18,998 nt of DNA, from the NCBI GenBank assembly GCA_964510165.1, contig CAZEBC010000063.1, positions 1 to 18,998 on the forward strand, in the 5' to 3' direction. Positions 8,141 through 16,068 of this stretch are shown here, piece by piece. Every line of letters starts with the position of its first letter. Position 1 is the first letter of the stretch. Under the pieces are notes generated by a model. It was not told the DNA's origin. It searched no databases and saw only the letters and a program-made list of their open reading frames with translations. Both the position numbers and the translations under genes were made by a program. The stretch comes from an uncultured bacterium. GTDB lineage: Bacteria; Abyssobacteria; SURF-5.

Positions 8141-9106
8141 GTGGCTGGTCGGAGGCTGCACTATATTTCGATTGGCGTTGCTCTTGTTGCTTTCATGGTG
8201 CTTCTGCTCAGTCTCGTCCTGTTGCCGAAGGGGCAGGCGTTCTACCACCTGGCGCTTGCCCAAAGACTGATGCGGGAGGGCAATCTGCAAGGGGCGATAC
8301 AGCAGACGGAGAAGGCGTTGGCAATCCAGCCAAACAGCATAGTGGCGGTGCAGAACCTCGGCAAGTTCCATCTTGCCGCCGGGAATTATGAAGAAGCGGA
8401 AAAGGTTATCAATAGAATGATTGAGATTGCCCCGGAGCGCGCGGAGGCTTATTTCCATCTCGGGATCATCAAACTCCACGCGGGCGATTTCGAGGGCGCC
8501 CGACAGGCGGCCCATAAATCTATCTCCCTTTCACCACGGCTCGCGGGAAATTTCTACATACTCGGCGCGGTCGCGTTGGAAGAGAAAAACATAAAGATCG
8601 CAGAGGATTACATAAAGAAAGCCCTGGACTTGAACCCCAACGACGCCAATTCGTTGTTTCTGTCCGGCCGGGTCCATTACGAAAAGGAAGACTACGTGGC
8701 GGCGACGGAGGCCTTGGAAAAAATGACGAAGCTGGTTCCGAAAAATCCTTACGGCCATGCCATGCTTGGAATGTGCTATTTCCAGCAGAAGTTGTATATC
8801 CATGCGCTTGACGAGCTCAAGACCGCTGTGGACCTGGAGCCCTCGGACTACAATTCCATGTATAACATTGCCTGCGTCTACTCGATACAGGGCAAGACCA
8901 CACCTGCGCTAAAATGGCTTGAGAGAGCCATTGACAACGGATTCTCCGACTTCGACCACATGCGGAAGGATCAGGACCTCGACAACATTCGCAATGACCC
9001 GAAATACATTGCGCTGGTCAAGCGCGGGCCCGTTCAGCCACAGAAAACCGAAGGCGCGGCAGGTGACGCCGCCGGAAACGCGCCAGCGATGACGAACGGG
9101 GCATGA
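8141..9106 (+). CDS. Membrane-anchored TPR-repeat protein
   Basis: GTG at 8141 follows GGGGGAGG; N-terminal TM IGVALVAFMVLLLSLVLL; about 7 TPR repeats; terminal YNIAC.YS..G....AL.WL..AI..GF..D.DL.NIR.DP capping motif. Confidence 0.9.
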   Translation: MAGRRLHYISIGVALVAFMVLLLSLVLLPKGQAFYHLALAQRLMREGNLQGAIQQTEKALAIQPNSIVAVQNLGKFHLAAGNYEEAEKVINRMIEIAPERAEAYFHLGIIKLHAGDFEGARQAAHKSISLSPRLAGNFYILGAVALEEKNIKIAEDYIKKALDLNPNDANSLFLSGRVHYEKEDYVAATEALEKMTKLVPKNPYGHAMLGMCYFQQKLYIHALDELKTAVDLEPSDYNSMYNIACVYSIQGKTTPALKWLERAIDNGFSDFDHMRKDQDLDNIRNDPKYIALVKRGPVQPQKTEGAAGDAAGNAPAMTNGA

Positions 9107-9135
9107 TGATTCGATGGCCACATTGATACGAATGG

Positions 9136-9993
9136 ATGCAGGCGAGACAGATGGATATGCGCTCTCGCAGGCGCATGGCGGCATTGCTCCCTGTCGGTCT
9201 GGTTGGAGCGGCCGTACTGGCGGGTAAGGCCATGCTTGAGAACTTCATCGAGCGCAACTTCGTCTTTTTCCCGGCCAGACCACTTGCTTGCACGCCGCGC
9301 GACCTGGGGATGGAATACGAGGACGTCTATTTTACGACCTCGGACGGAGTGACGCTGAACGCATGGCTCATCCGGTCCGCGGCAGGCTCGCCGATAGTTC
9401 TGTGGTTCCACGGAAACGCGGGTAATATCGGAGACAGATCGGAAAACGCGAGGCTGCTGTATGATCGCGGGCTTTCGCTCTTCATGGTCGACTATCGCGG
9501 CTACGGAAAAAGCGAGGGATCGCCGTCGGAAAAGGGCATCTATCTCGATGGACAGGCTTCATATGATTACCTTATCTCGGCGGGCGTCCAGGCCGACAGA
9601 CTCATCATCTTCGGACGCTCACTGGGCACGACGGTCGCGGTCTATGTCGCCTCCCGCAATGAATGCGCGGGCGTTATACTCGAGTCAGCCATGACCAACC
9701 TGACTGATATGGCGCGGGCGCATTATCCGATTGTTCCGGGACTTGGCTCGTTCAGGAACAAGTTTGATTCGATCGGACGGATTGCCACGGTTCGGGCGCC
9801 CGTCCTGTTCATCCATGGGGACAAGGACGAAATCGTTCCTTATGAGCTCGGGCAACGCCTGTATGAAGCGGCAAAGCCTGAAAAGGATTTCTATACGATT
9901 CGCGGAGCACACCACAACGATACCTATCTCGTGGGCGGAAAAGAATACCTGGATCGGTTCGAACGATTTGTACGGGAGAAGACCGGCGCGTGA
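9136..9993 (+). CDS. Alpha/beta hydrolase (ABHD13/BEM46-like family)
   Basis: FHGNAGN, DYRGYGKSEG.PSE.G, nucleophile elbow GRSLG, HGDKDEIVP, GAHHND; N-terminal hydrophobic anchor. The start may be a later Met (9151 or 9157). Confidence 0.93.
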   Translation: MQARQMDMRSRRRMAALLPVGLVGAAVLAGKAMLENFIERNFVFFPARPLACTPRDLGMEYEDVYFTTSDGVTLNAWLIRSAAGSPIVLWFHGNAGNIGDRSENARLLYDRGLSLFMVDYRGYGKSEGSPSEKGIYLDGQASYDYLISAGVQADRLIIFGRSLGTTVAVYVASRNECAGVILESAMTNLTDMARAHYPIVPGLGSFRNKFDSIGRIATVRAPVLFIHGDKDEIVPYELGQRLYEAAKPEKDFYTIRGAHHNDTYLVGGKEYLDRFERFVREKTGA

Positions 9994-10040
9994 GCCGGAA
10001 AACAACCACGGATTTCACGACGCAGCATAGAAGCCAACCA

Positions 10041-10090
10041 AAGCCCCTCACCCTGCCATCTCCCAGCGGGAGAGGGTTGGGGTGAGGGGG
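10041..10090. repeat. BoxC-like CCCTCACCC/GGGAGAGGG palindromic repeat, copy 1
   Basis: cccctcaccctgccatctccc-agc-gggagagggttggggtgagggg long imperfect hairpin; a related inverted copy lies at 15982-16029. Confidence 0.75.
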
Positions 10091-10138
10091 ACAGGCGCGA
10101 CAGAAATTCATGATTTCCAAGGTGAATAGTACGGATTC

Positions 10139-10168
10139 TGTAGAAGCGGTCCGCGAACCGCCCCTACA
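10139..10168. repeat. GTAG-type REP-like palindrome
   Basis: tgtagaagcggtccgcgaaccgcccctaca, with TGTAG/CTACA termini and an internal palindrome. Confidence 0.75.
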
Positions 10169-10193
10169 GCTAAAACGCAATAAAATTGCGAGA

Positions 10194-11156
10194 GTGAATG
10201 CTACGGACTCGCGGAACGAGCTTTTTTTCTGTGACGCCCACGTTGATACGCTCTCCAAAATGCTTAAATTCGGATGGAGCAGACTCGCTCACATACCGCG
10301 CGCCTCACACGTGACGGCGGCCAGACTGCGGGCAAGCGGCGTCGGCGCCGTGGTGCTGGCTTTATTCACCGAAAAACATGACCGTCTCCTACCTCCGCCG
10401 CTCCGGACGTTGAAGATGATAGACCTGGCTTACGCGATTGCCCATGAGAACTCCGACTGGCTCGAGTTGGCGACCGATGCAAAGAGCATTTCACGAGCTC
10501 GTGAGCGAGGCAAGATCGCCGTGATCCTGGCAATAGAGAACGGCATCGCAATCGGAGACGACCTTTCCAATCTGCGCAATTTTCACAGGCTCGGCGTACG
10601 CCTTATGAGTTTGACGTGGAACCACCGCAACCTGCTGGGAGACGGCGTTGGGCGGTCAAACGGCAGGCGCGGGCTCACCGGGTTTGGGCGTGAGGTCCTT
10701 CGTGAGATGCAGCGCCTTGGAATGATCGCGGACGTCTCCCACCTGAGCGAGAAGACCTTCTGGCAAGTACTGGAGGCGACCGACGGCCCTGTCGTGGCCA
10801 CTCATTCGAATGCGAAGAGCATCTGCGGTTCTCCGCGAAATCTGACGGACAGCCAGATAAAGGCGATATCCGAACGCGGCGGCTTCATCGGACTCAACTT
10901 CTGCAGCGGCTTCTTGAATGACTCTGAGGAAGCGACAATCAACGACGTTGTCCGACATGCGTCTCACATTGCCGAAATCGGCGGCGTGAGGACTCTCGCG
11001 ATCGGCTCGGATTACGATGGGATACCGAATCCGCCAAAGGGGCTGGAACATATCGGGAAGATGGGCGCATTGGTGAAGGCGTTTCAAAAGGCCGGCTTCT
11101 CCCACGATGACATCCGCTTGATCGCCCACAAGAATTTCCTCCGCGTCCTTGAGTGA
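10194..11156 (+). CDS. Membrane dipeptidase (peptidase M19, renal dipeptidase family)
   Basis: Metal-ligand motifs DAHVD, AIENG, DVSHLS, THSN, GSDYDG; LG.R...LTWN..N. Start uncertain: ATG 10110, GTG 10122 and GTG 10194 are all in frame, and 10194 avoids the REP. Confidence 0.92.
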   Translation: MNATDSRNELFFCDAHVDTLSKMLKFGWSRLAHIPRASHVTAARLRASGVGAVVLALFTEKHDRLLPPPLRTLKMIDLAYAIAHENSDWLELATDAKSISRARERGKIAVILAIENGIAIGDDLSNLRNFHRLGVRLMSLTWNHRNLLGDGVGRSNGRRGLTGFGREVLREMQRLGMIADVSHLSEKTFWQVLEATDGPVVATHSNAKSICGSPRNLTDSQIKAISERGGFIGLNFCSGFLNDSEEATINDVVRHASHIAEIGGVRTLAIGSDYDGIPNPPKGLEHIGKMGALVKAFQKAGFSHDDIRLIAHKNFLRVLE

Positions 11157-11172
11157 ACGATTCAAGGTTTCA

Positions 11173-11191
11173 CCGCTCCTCCTCGGAGCGG
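11173..11191. terminator. Short GC hairpin between convergent genes
   Basis: ccgctcc-tcctc-ggagcgg between the stops at 11156 (+) and 11199 (-). No strong U tract. Confidence 0.35.
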
Positions 11192-11198
11192 GAGAGAC

Positions 11199-11615
11199 TC
11201 ATTCCCCGATGATCTTGACCAGGACTCGTTTTCGGCGCCTCCCGTCGAATTCGCCGTAGAAGATCTGTTCCCACGGGCCGAAATCGAGCGCGCCGCCGGT
11301 GACGGCGACGACCACCTCGCGTCCCATCACGGACCGCTTCAGGTGGGCGTCGGCATTGTCCTCGCCGACGTTATGGCGATATTGAGAAACCGGTTCATGC
11401 GGGGCCAGCTTTTCGAGCCACACATCAAGGTCGTGGTGGAGTCCCGCCTCGTCGTCATTGATGAAGACCGACGCGGTGATGTGCATTGCGTTGCAAAGCA
11501 GAATGCCCTCTTTGACGCCGCTCTCGCGAAGGCATTCCTCAATCTGAGGAGTGATGTTGATGAACGCGCGCCTGGCAGGCACGTTGAACCAGAGTTCTTT
11601 GCGGTAGGCTTTCAT
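11199..11615 (-). CDS. yjbQ: UPF0047 / YjbQ family protein (secondary thiamine-phosphate synthase)
   Basis: [49 protein letters not shown] upstream. Confidence 0.95.
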   Translation of the reverse strand: MKAYRKELWFNVPARRAFINITPQIEECLRESGVKEGILLCNAMHITASVFINDDEAGLHHDLDVWLEKLAPHEPVSQYRHNVGEDNADAHLKRSVMGREVVVAVTGGALDFGPWEQIFYGEFDGRRRKRVLVKIIGE

Positions 11616-11656
11616 TGTGTCCTCAAATGGCCGGTATCGCGACTTTTAGCACCCCG

Positions 11657-11681
11657 AGGGCGCACGCCGTCCGCCCCTACA
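11657..11681 (-). repeat. GTAG-type REP-like palindrome
   Basis: Minus strand TGTAGGGGCGGACGGCGTGCGCCCT between yqeK and yjbQ. Confidence 0.65.
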
Positions 11682-11695
11682 AAGGCCGTGATCCC

Positions 11696-12292
11696 TTATG
11701 ACGATTGCTTTCCCACCAACTCGTTCCAGCACGCCAGCGCGCGAGGGTCCACGAATCTTTTCTGAGCGATGAGGTGGCGGAGCTTATTCTGGAGAACGGC
11801 GAGGACGGCCTGATCCAGATTCTTGTACTGACGGCCCCTCAACTGGAGGGCCCCCGGGAAATCGCGAGTGTCCTCGATATAGTCCGAAACAAAGACTACT
11901 TTTGCGACGTCGCCCATTCCGGCGCAACCGGAGCTGTGCGCCGTGATGGCCTGGAGCACCTCCGCGTCGTCGATCCCAAGCTCCTTCATCGCGATCATGG
12001 CGCTCAAGGGGCCGTGAAGCACGGCAGGAGGATATGAATTGATCTCCGCGTCCGACATCCCCATTTTTCTGGCGAGAGCGACTTGCTCGTCGCGCGAGAT
12101 GTCTTTGGCGAGGTCGTGCAGGTATGCGGCGGTGGACACCTTATCGGCGTCCACGCCGAACTTAACGGCCAGGTTTCGCGCCATCCTGGCGCTTCCGAGA
12201 ATATGTTCGAGCAGCCCCCCGCTCAGTTTCTTCTTTATGTGTTCGAGCGCTTTCCTGGAGTATTCGCGCGGCGTCAGTTTTTCTTTTTGCAT
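11696..12292 (-). CDS. yqeK: HD-domain bis(5'-nucleosyl)-tetraphosphatase (YqeK, symmetrical Ap4A hydrolase)
   Basis: EH..G....A..LA, A.LHDLAK, LHG..SA, AI..HS.G...M....KVVFVSDYIE..R.FPG; directly downstream of nadD. Start re-set to MQKEK at 12292 (198 aa). Confidence 0.9.
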   Translation of the reverse strand: MQKEKLTPREYSRKALEHIKKKLSGGLLEHILGSARMARNLAVKFGVDADKVSTAAYLHDLAKDISRDEQVALARKMGMSDAEINSYPPAVLHGPLSAMIAMKELGIDDAEVLQAITAHSSGCAGMGDVAKVVFVSDYIEDTRDFPGALQLRGRQYKNLDQAVLAVLQNKLRHLIAQKRFVDPRALACWNELVGKQSS

Positions 12293-12302
12293 ACAAGATC
12301 GC

Positions 12303-12881
12303 TCATTTCGAATAGAGCCCGTGTTCGCGAATGTACCGCTCGACCGGTTCCGGCACAAGAAATCGGATTGGCTTCCCGTTGTGGAGCCGTTCGCGGAGCA
12401 TGGTCGAGGAGAGCGACACCATCGGGGCGTCGAGCACACGAGCTTTGCCCCGCAACCGGGGCTCCATCTGGGCAAGGTCAAACCCCGGCCGGGGGGCGAC
12501 CACGATTTCTGCCATTTCTATGACCGCCTCGGGGTTTCTCCAATCTGAAAAATCAATCACCGAGTCCGAGCCGACAATGAGATGCATGGCGGCGTCCGGG
12601 TGGACTCGTCTCAGTTCCTTCAGCGTTTCGGCCGTGTAGGAGTTGCCGCCGCGTTCAATCTCGATGCGCGAGGGTCGGAAACCCGAGATCGCCCCAGTCG
12701 CCATTTCAACCATTCTGAACCTGTCCTCTGCCCTGGCTTCTGGCGCCTTCTTGTGCGGGGGATGCAGGGTTACGATAAACAAAACGGTATCAAGCCCGCA
12801 CTGCCAGCGCGCCTCCTCGGCGATAATCAAGTGCCCGATGTGAATCGGATCGAACGTGCCGCCCATGATTCCCAGTTTCAT
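12303..12881 (-). CDS. nadD: Nicotinate-nucleotide adenylyltransferase
   Basis: GIMGGTFDPIHIGH, PPHK, SYT.ETL, IVGSDS...F..W, SST.LRER, LVP..VE.YI....LY. Confidence 0.97.
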   Translation of the reverse strand: MKLGIMGGTFDPIHIGHLIIAEEARWQCGLDTVLFIVTLHPPHKKAPEARAEDRFRMVEMATGAISGFRPSRIEIERGGNSYTAETLKELRRVHPDAAMHLIVGSDSVIDFSDWRNPEAVIEMAEIVVAPRPGFDLAQMEPRLRGKARVLDAPMVSLSSTMLRERLHNGKPIRFLVPEPVERYIREHGLYSK

Positions 12882-12905
12882 TGATGCGCCTCATCAAGTT
12901 AAATT

Positions 12906-12932
12906 GGGGACACCATGCGGCATGGTGTCCCC
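12906..12932. repeat. Perfect 13-bp inverted repeat between cca and nadD
   Basis: ggggacaccatgc-g-gcatggtgtcccc. Confidence 0.7.
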
Positions 12933-12946
12933 GAATAACGCCTTCC

Positions 12947-14329
12947 CTATTGCTTCATCTGTTCCAGATAATTCAGATAGTACTCGTACTCTCTGCCCGG
13001 CTCGAGGGCGTCCTCGTCTATGGCCTTGTTCAGAAGCTTCATGCAGGCCCCGACCTCCGGCCCTTCCTCGATACCGAAGCGCTCCATGATCGCGGTTCCC
13101 AAGCCCTTCGGAAGCGGCGGCTGGCGCGTGTCTTCCTCGAGGACTTCCTCGACGCGTTTTCTCAACTTGTCCAGTCGCGCGAGTCCCCGGCGAACGGTCT
13201 CAGGCCTCATTGAGGTAATGTCGGCCCGCGACACGTCTATAAGGTCAAACACGTTTCCGCGCAGGTCACGAGAGAGACGTCGCACCGCCGAATCGCTCCA
13301 ACTGTCGTCGTACATGTTCGGCCGCATATGGTTCAGAATAAGAGAAGATATCTTCTTTCGCTGCTCATTCGAGAACTTAAGACGAAACATGATGCTTCGG
13401 GCAAGCGTTTCACCGACGGTCTCATGATGATAGAAATGCACATGGCCGTCCTCGATCGAGTGGGTGTAGGGCTTGCCGATGTCGTGCAGAAGCACCGCCC
13501 ATCTGACGTCGATCTGTTTGGCCGCCGCCTTCAGCGCGCGCTTGGTGTGCTCCCACACGTCCTTATGGTGGTACTCATCGGTCTGATCGAAGCCCTTCAG
13601 GACGGTCAATTCGGGCATCATGAACGTCAGGAGGTTGCCCTCATAAAGGTAGTCAAGGCCTTTGTGGACGTAGTCGCCCATCAGCAGCTTGTCCATCTCC
13701 ATTTTCCAGCGTTCGCGCGAGACCGACGTTATCAGGAACGCCATCGCGCGTGCCACCTTCTTCACGGAGGGCACAACAACATAGCCAAGTTGCGAGACAA
13801 ACCGGGCCGCCCTCAAGAGACGAAGCGGGTCATCGCTGAATATCCGTTCCGGGTCGCCGGGGGTGGATATGTGTTTGTTCTTGATGTCTCTGAGACCGTC
13901 GAACGGGTCAATGATCTCATATGAGCGCGTCATCGCGATGGCGTTCATGCAGAAATCGCGCCGCCGCAAGTCCTCCTCGATCGTCCCGCCGAAATCGACG
14001 TCCGGGTGGCGAGAATGCGGCTTATACTCCTCCTCTCGCCGAAAGGTAGTGATGTCAACCCTCAGCCCGTCGAGCATGGCGCCGACCGTCCCGAACTCCA
14101 CGCCGATGGGTATTGGCCGTATGCCGGCCTTGCGCAATATCCTGGCGGTCTGCTCGGCGGAAGTCGGGGTCGCAAAATCGAAATCGTTCAGGCCCTCGGC
14201 GCACCCGCGAAGGATTTCGCGCACAGGTCCCCCGACAAGGTAGATACGTATGCCCTCTCGCTCGAACGCCTCAAACACGCGTTCCACCTCGGAAGGGAAA
14301 GAGTAATCTATGTGTTGAGCCGGATTCAT
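12947..14329 (-). CDS. cca: CCA tRNA nucleotidyltransferase (class II) with HD domain
   Basis: YLVGGPVRE, DFDFAT, FGTV, ITTFR.E.Y...SR.P.V, EDL.RRDF..NA.A, DDPLR.LRA.RF, ER...E..K, H...V.EH, LLHDIGKP. Start re-set to MNPAQ at 14329 (460 aa). Confidence 0.92.
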   Translation of the reverse strand: MNPAQHIDYSFPSEVERVFEAFEREGIRIYLVGGPVREILRGCAEGLNDFDFATPTSAEQTARILRKAGIRPIPIGVEFGTVGAMLDGLRVDITTFRREEEYKPHSRHPDVDFGGTIEEDLRRRDFCMNAIAMTRSYEIIDPFDGLRDIKNKHISTPGDPERIFSDDPLRLLRAARFVSQLGYVVVPSVKKVARAMAFLITSVSRERWKMEMDKLLMGDYVHKGLDYLYEGNLLTFMMPELTVLKGFDQTDEYHHKDVWEHTKRALKAAAKQIDVRWAVLLHDIGKPYTHSIEDGHVHFYHHETVGETLARSIMFRLKFSNEQRKKISSLILNHMRPNMYDDSWSDSAVRRLSRDLRGNVFDLIDVSRADITSMRPETVRRGLARLDKLRKRVEEVLEEDTRQPPLPKGLGTAIMERFGIEEGPEVGACMKLLNKAIDEDALEPGREYEYYLNYLEQMKQ

Positions 14330-14404
14330 GCTTGCTTGTATTGGTAACCGTTGGTTTCTTGGATTCGCGTGCCGATACTCAGTGGCCTCCCGTGTAAGTG
14401 ACAC

Positions 14405-14438
14405 GGGCGCAGTCACGCCGAGGCGTGACGCCCCTGCA
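14405..14438 (-). repeat. Degenerate REP-like palindrome in the cca leader
   Basis: gggcgca-gtcacgcc-ga-ggcgtgac-gcccctgca; the 3' end resembles the gcccctaca of the other copies. Confidence 0.4.
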
Positions 14439-14493
14439 GACAGTCATGGTTGCGACTATATTGCGCTGCGCCTTCCCTCGTGCTTATCCCCTA

Positions 14494-14522
14494 ATCTTAT
14501 AAACAGCCCCTGCAAATGTCAA
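14494..14522 (-). promoter_or_regulatory. sigma70-type promoter for cca-nadD-yqeK-yjbQ
   Basis: Minus strand TTGACA (14522-14517) - 17 nt - TAAGAT (14499-14494). Confidence 0.7.
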
Positions 14523-14577
14523 GGAATCCGAATGGGCAGAAAGAAGCCGCAACCTTGGTTTGTAGTGCCGAGATCGG

Positions 14578-15951
14578 CTATTGTTTCAGGCCGAACTTCT
14601 GGAGGCGGTAGCGAAGCGTATCCCTCGATATGCCGAGCAATTCGGCGGCGCGGGTCTGGTTTCCATCCGCCATGACAAGCGCCTTTTGAATGAGCTCTTT
14701 CTCAACTTCCTCGAGAGAAAGCCCGGCGGAAGGGAACTCGCCGGAGAAACTGGGCTTGCGTTCACTGCCGATGTAGGTGATGATCTCGGGGGGCAGGTCA
14801 TCGGCCTCGATGACCTCTCCGGTCTCGAGAATGAGAATCCGCTCGATCATGTTTCTAAGTTCGCGCACGTTGCCCGGCCACGGATAGCGCCTGAGCAGTT
14901 CCATCGCGTCCGGCGATACGCCTTTCATGGGTTTCTTGAATTCGACGCTGAACTTTTCGATGAAGAATCGCGCGAGTTTCGGGATATCTTCAGCATGCTC
15001 CCTGAGCGGCGGCAGATGGAGTGGGATCACCTGCAGTCGGTAGAAAAGGTCGTTTCGAAATCTACCCGCCTCGACCTCCACTTTCAGGTTCTTGTTAGTG
15101 GCCGCGATGATTCTGACATCCACGCCGATCTCCGACGTCCCGCCCACGCGCCTGAATCGTTTGGTCTCGATTGCTTTGAGCAGCTTCCCCTGGAGGGAAA
15201 AAGGCATGTCGCCAATCTCGTCGAGATAGATGGTGCCCCCGTCGGCGAGTTCGAAGAGCCCTTTCTTGCTGACGGCCGCACCGGTGAACGCGCCTCTCTC
15301 GTGTCCGAACAGTTCGCTTTCCAGCAACGTTTCGGGAAACGCCGAGCAGTTGATATCGAGGAACACGGCCTGTGAACGGTCGCTCAAGGAATGGATCGTG
15401 CGGGCTATCAGGTCCTTTCCGGTTCCGCTTTCTCCCTGGAGCAGCACGGTGGAGAACTTGCTCGCCGCGACTTTCCTGACGGTGGAGAGAACCTCCTTCA
15501 TGGCGGCCGAATCGCCGATGATGTTGTCGAATCCGTATTGTGCCGCCAGTTCGTCCTTGAGGGTGGTCAGTTCGCGGCGCATCCGCGCGGTCTCGAGCGC
15601 CATTTCAATGCGGAGCTTTACGTCTTCGATCTCAAACGGCTTGCAGATGTAATCAACGGCGCCGGTCTTGACGGCCCTCACGGCCGTCTTCACGTCACCG
15701 ATCCCCGTCACGATGATAAAGAGCGGATGAAGGTTTCTGGCTTTGGCCTCTTCCATTACCTGGAACCCGTCGATGCCGGGCATCTTGAGGTCAAGCAGGA
15801 CCACGTCCGGTTCATCCCTCTCCATCGAGGCGAGCGCTTCTTCGCCCGAAGGCGCCTGCTCCGTCTCGTAACCGGCTCCTTGCAGGTCCTTCTCAAGCGA
15901 CCATCGTATCAGGTGTTCGTCGTCCACTATCAGTATCTTCGGCTTTGGCAT
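14578..15951 (-). CDS. sigma54-dependent response regulator (NtrC/AtoC family: REC + AAA+ + Fis HTH)
   Basis: ILIVDDE, LLDLKMP, YICKPF receiver; GESGTGKD Walker A; ESELFGHERGAFTGA; LDEIGD Walker B; WPGNVREL; GNQTRAAELLGISRDTLRY HTH. Start re-set to MPKPK at 15951. Confidence 0.97.
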   Translation of the reverse strand: MPKPKILIVDDEHLIRWSLEKDLQGAGYETEQAPSGEEALASMERDEPDVVLLDLKMPGIDGFQVMEEAKARNLHPLFIIVTGIGDVKTAVRAVKTGAVDYICKPFEIEDVKLRIEMALETARMRRELTTLKDELAAQYGFDNIIGDSAAMKEVLSTVRKVAASKFSTVLLQGESGTGKDLIARTIHSLSDRSQAVFLDINCSAFPETLLESELFGHERGAFTGAAVSKKGLFELADGGTIYLDEIGDMPFSLQGKLLKAIETKRFRRVGGTSEIGVDVRIIAATNKNLKVEVEAGRFRNDLFYRLQVIPLHLPPLREHAEDIPKLARFFIEKFSVEFKKPMKGVSPDAMELLRRYPWPGNVRELRNMIERILILETGEVIEADDLPPEIITYIGSERKPSFSGEFPSAGLSLEEVEKELIQKALVMADGNQTRAAELLGISRDTLRYRLQKFGLKQ

Positions 15952-15981
15952 ATGCCCCGAACGTGTCCTCCTCTTGTACTG

Positions 15982-16029
15982 CCCCCCACCCCAACCCTTT
16001 CCCACCGAGAGAGGGCAGGGTGAGGGCTT
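15982..16029. repeat. BoxC-like palindromic repeat, copy 2 (inverted relative to 10041-10090), followed by a half REP (gctgcgccgctaca, 16035-16048)
   Basis: ccccccaccccaaccctttccc-acc-gagagagggcagggtgagggctt; about 42 of 50 positions match the reverse complement of copy 1 by manual alignment. Confidence 0.7.
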
Positions 16030-16068
16030 CCATTGCTGCGCCGCTACAGGCTTTAACCTCGATTCCTC

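Noticed and set aside
9157-9220. Possible Tat signal (SRRRMAALL) on the alpha/beta hydrolase
   Set aside because: It lacks the F-L-K part of the S/T-R-R-x-F-L-K consensus, and this family commonly has a simple N-terminal anchor.
12293-12481. 63 aa N-terminal extension of yqeK in the ORF track, or a possible nadD-yqeK frameshifted fusion
   Set aside because: The extension overlaps nadD in another frame. nadD ends normally (HGLYSK-stop) and yqeK has its own ATG 10 nt later, so these are two separate genes.
15952-16005. N-terminal extension MGKGWGGGQ... of the response regulator
   Set aside because: It is translated from the BoxC-like repeat; the receiver domain begins at MPKPKILIVDD.
10041-16029. 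Inverted repeats as ends of a transposon or invertible cassette
   Set aside because: No transposase or recombinase lies between or beside them, the cargo is housekeeping genes, and one copy lies within a two-component operon. Dispersed repeats explain them better.
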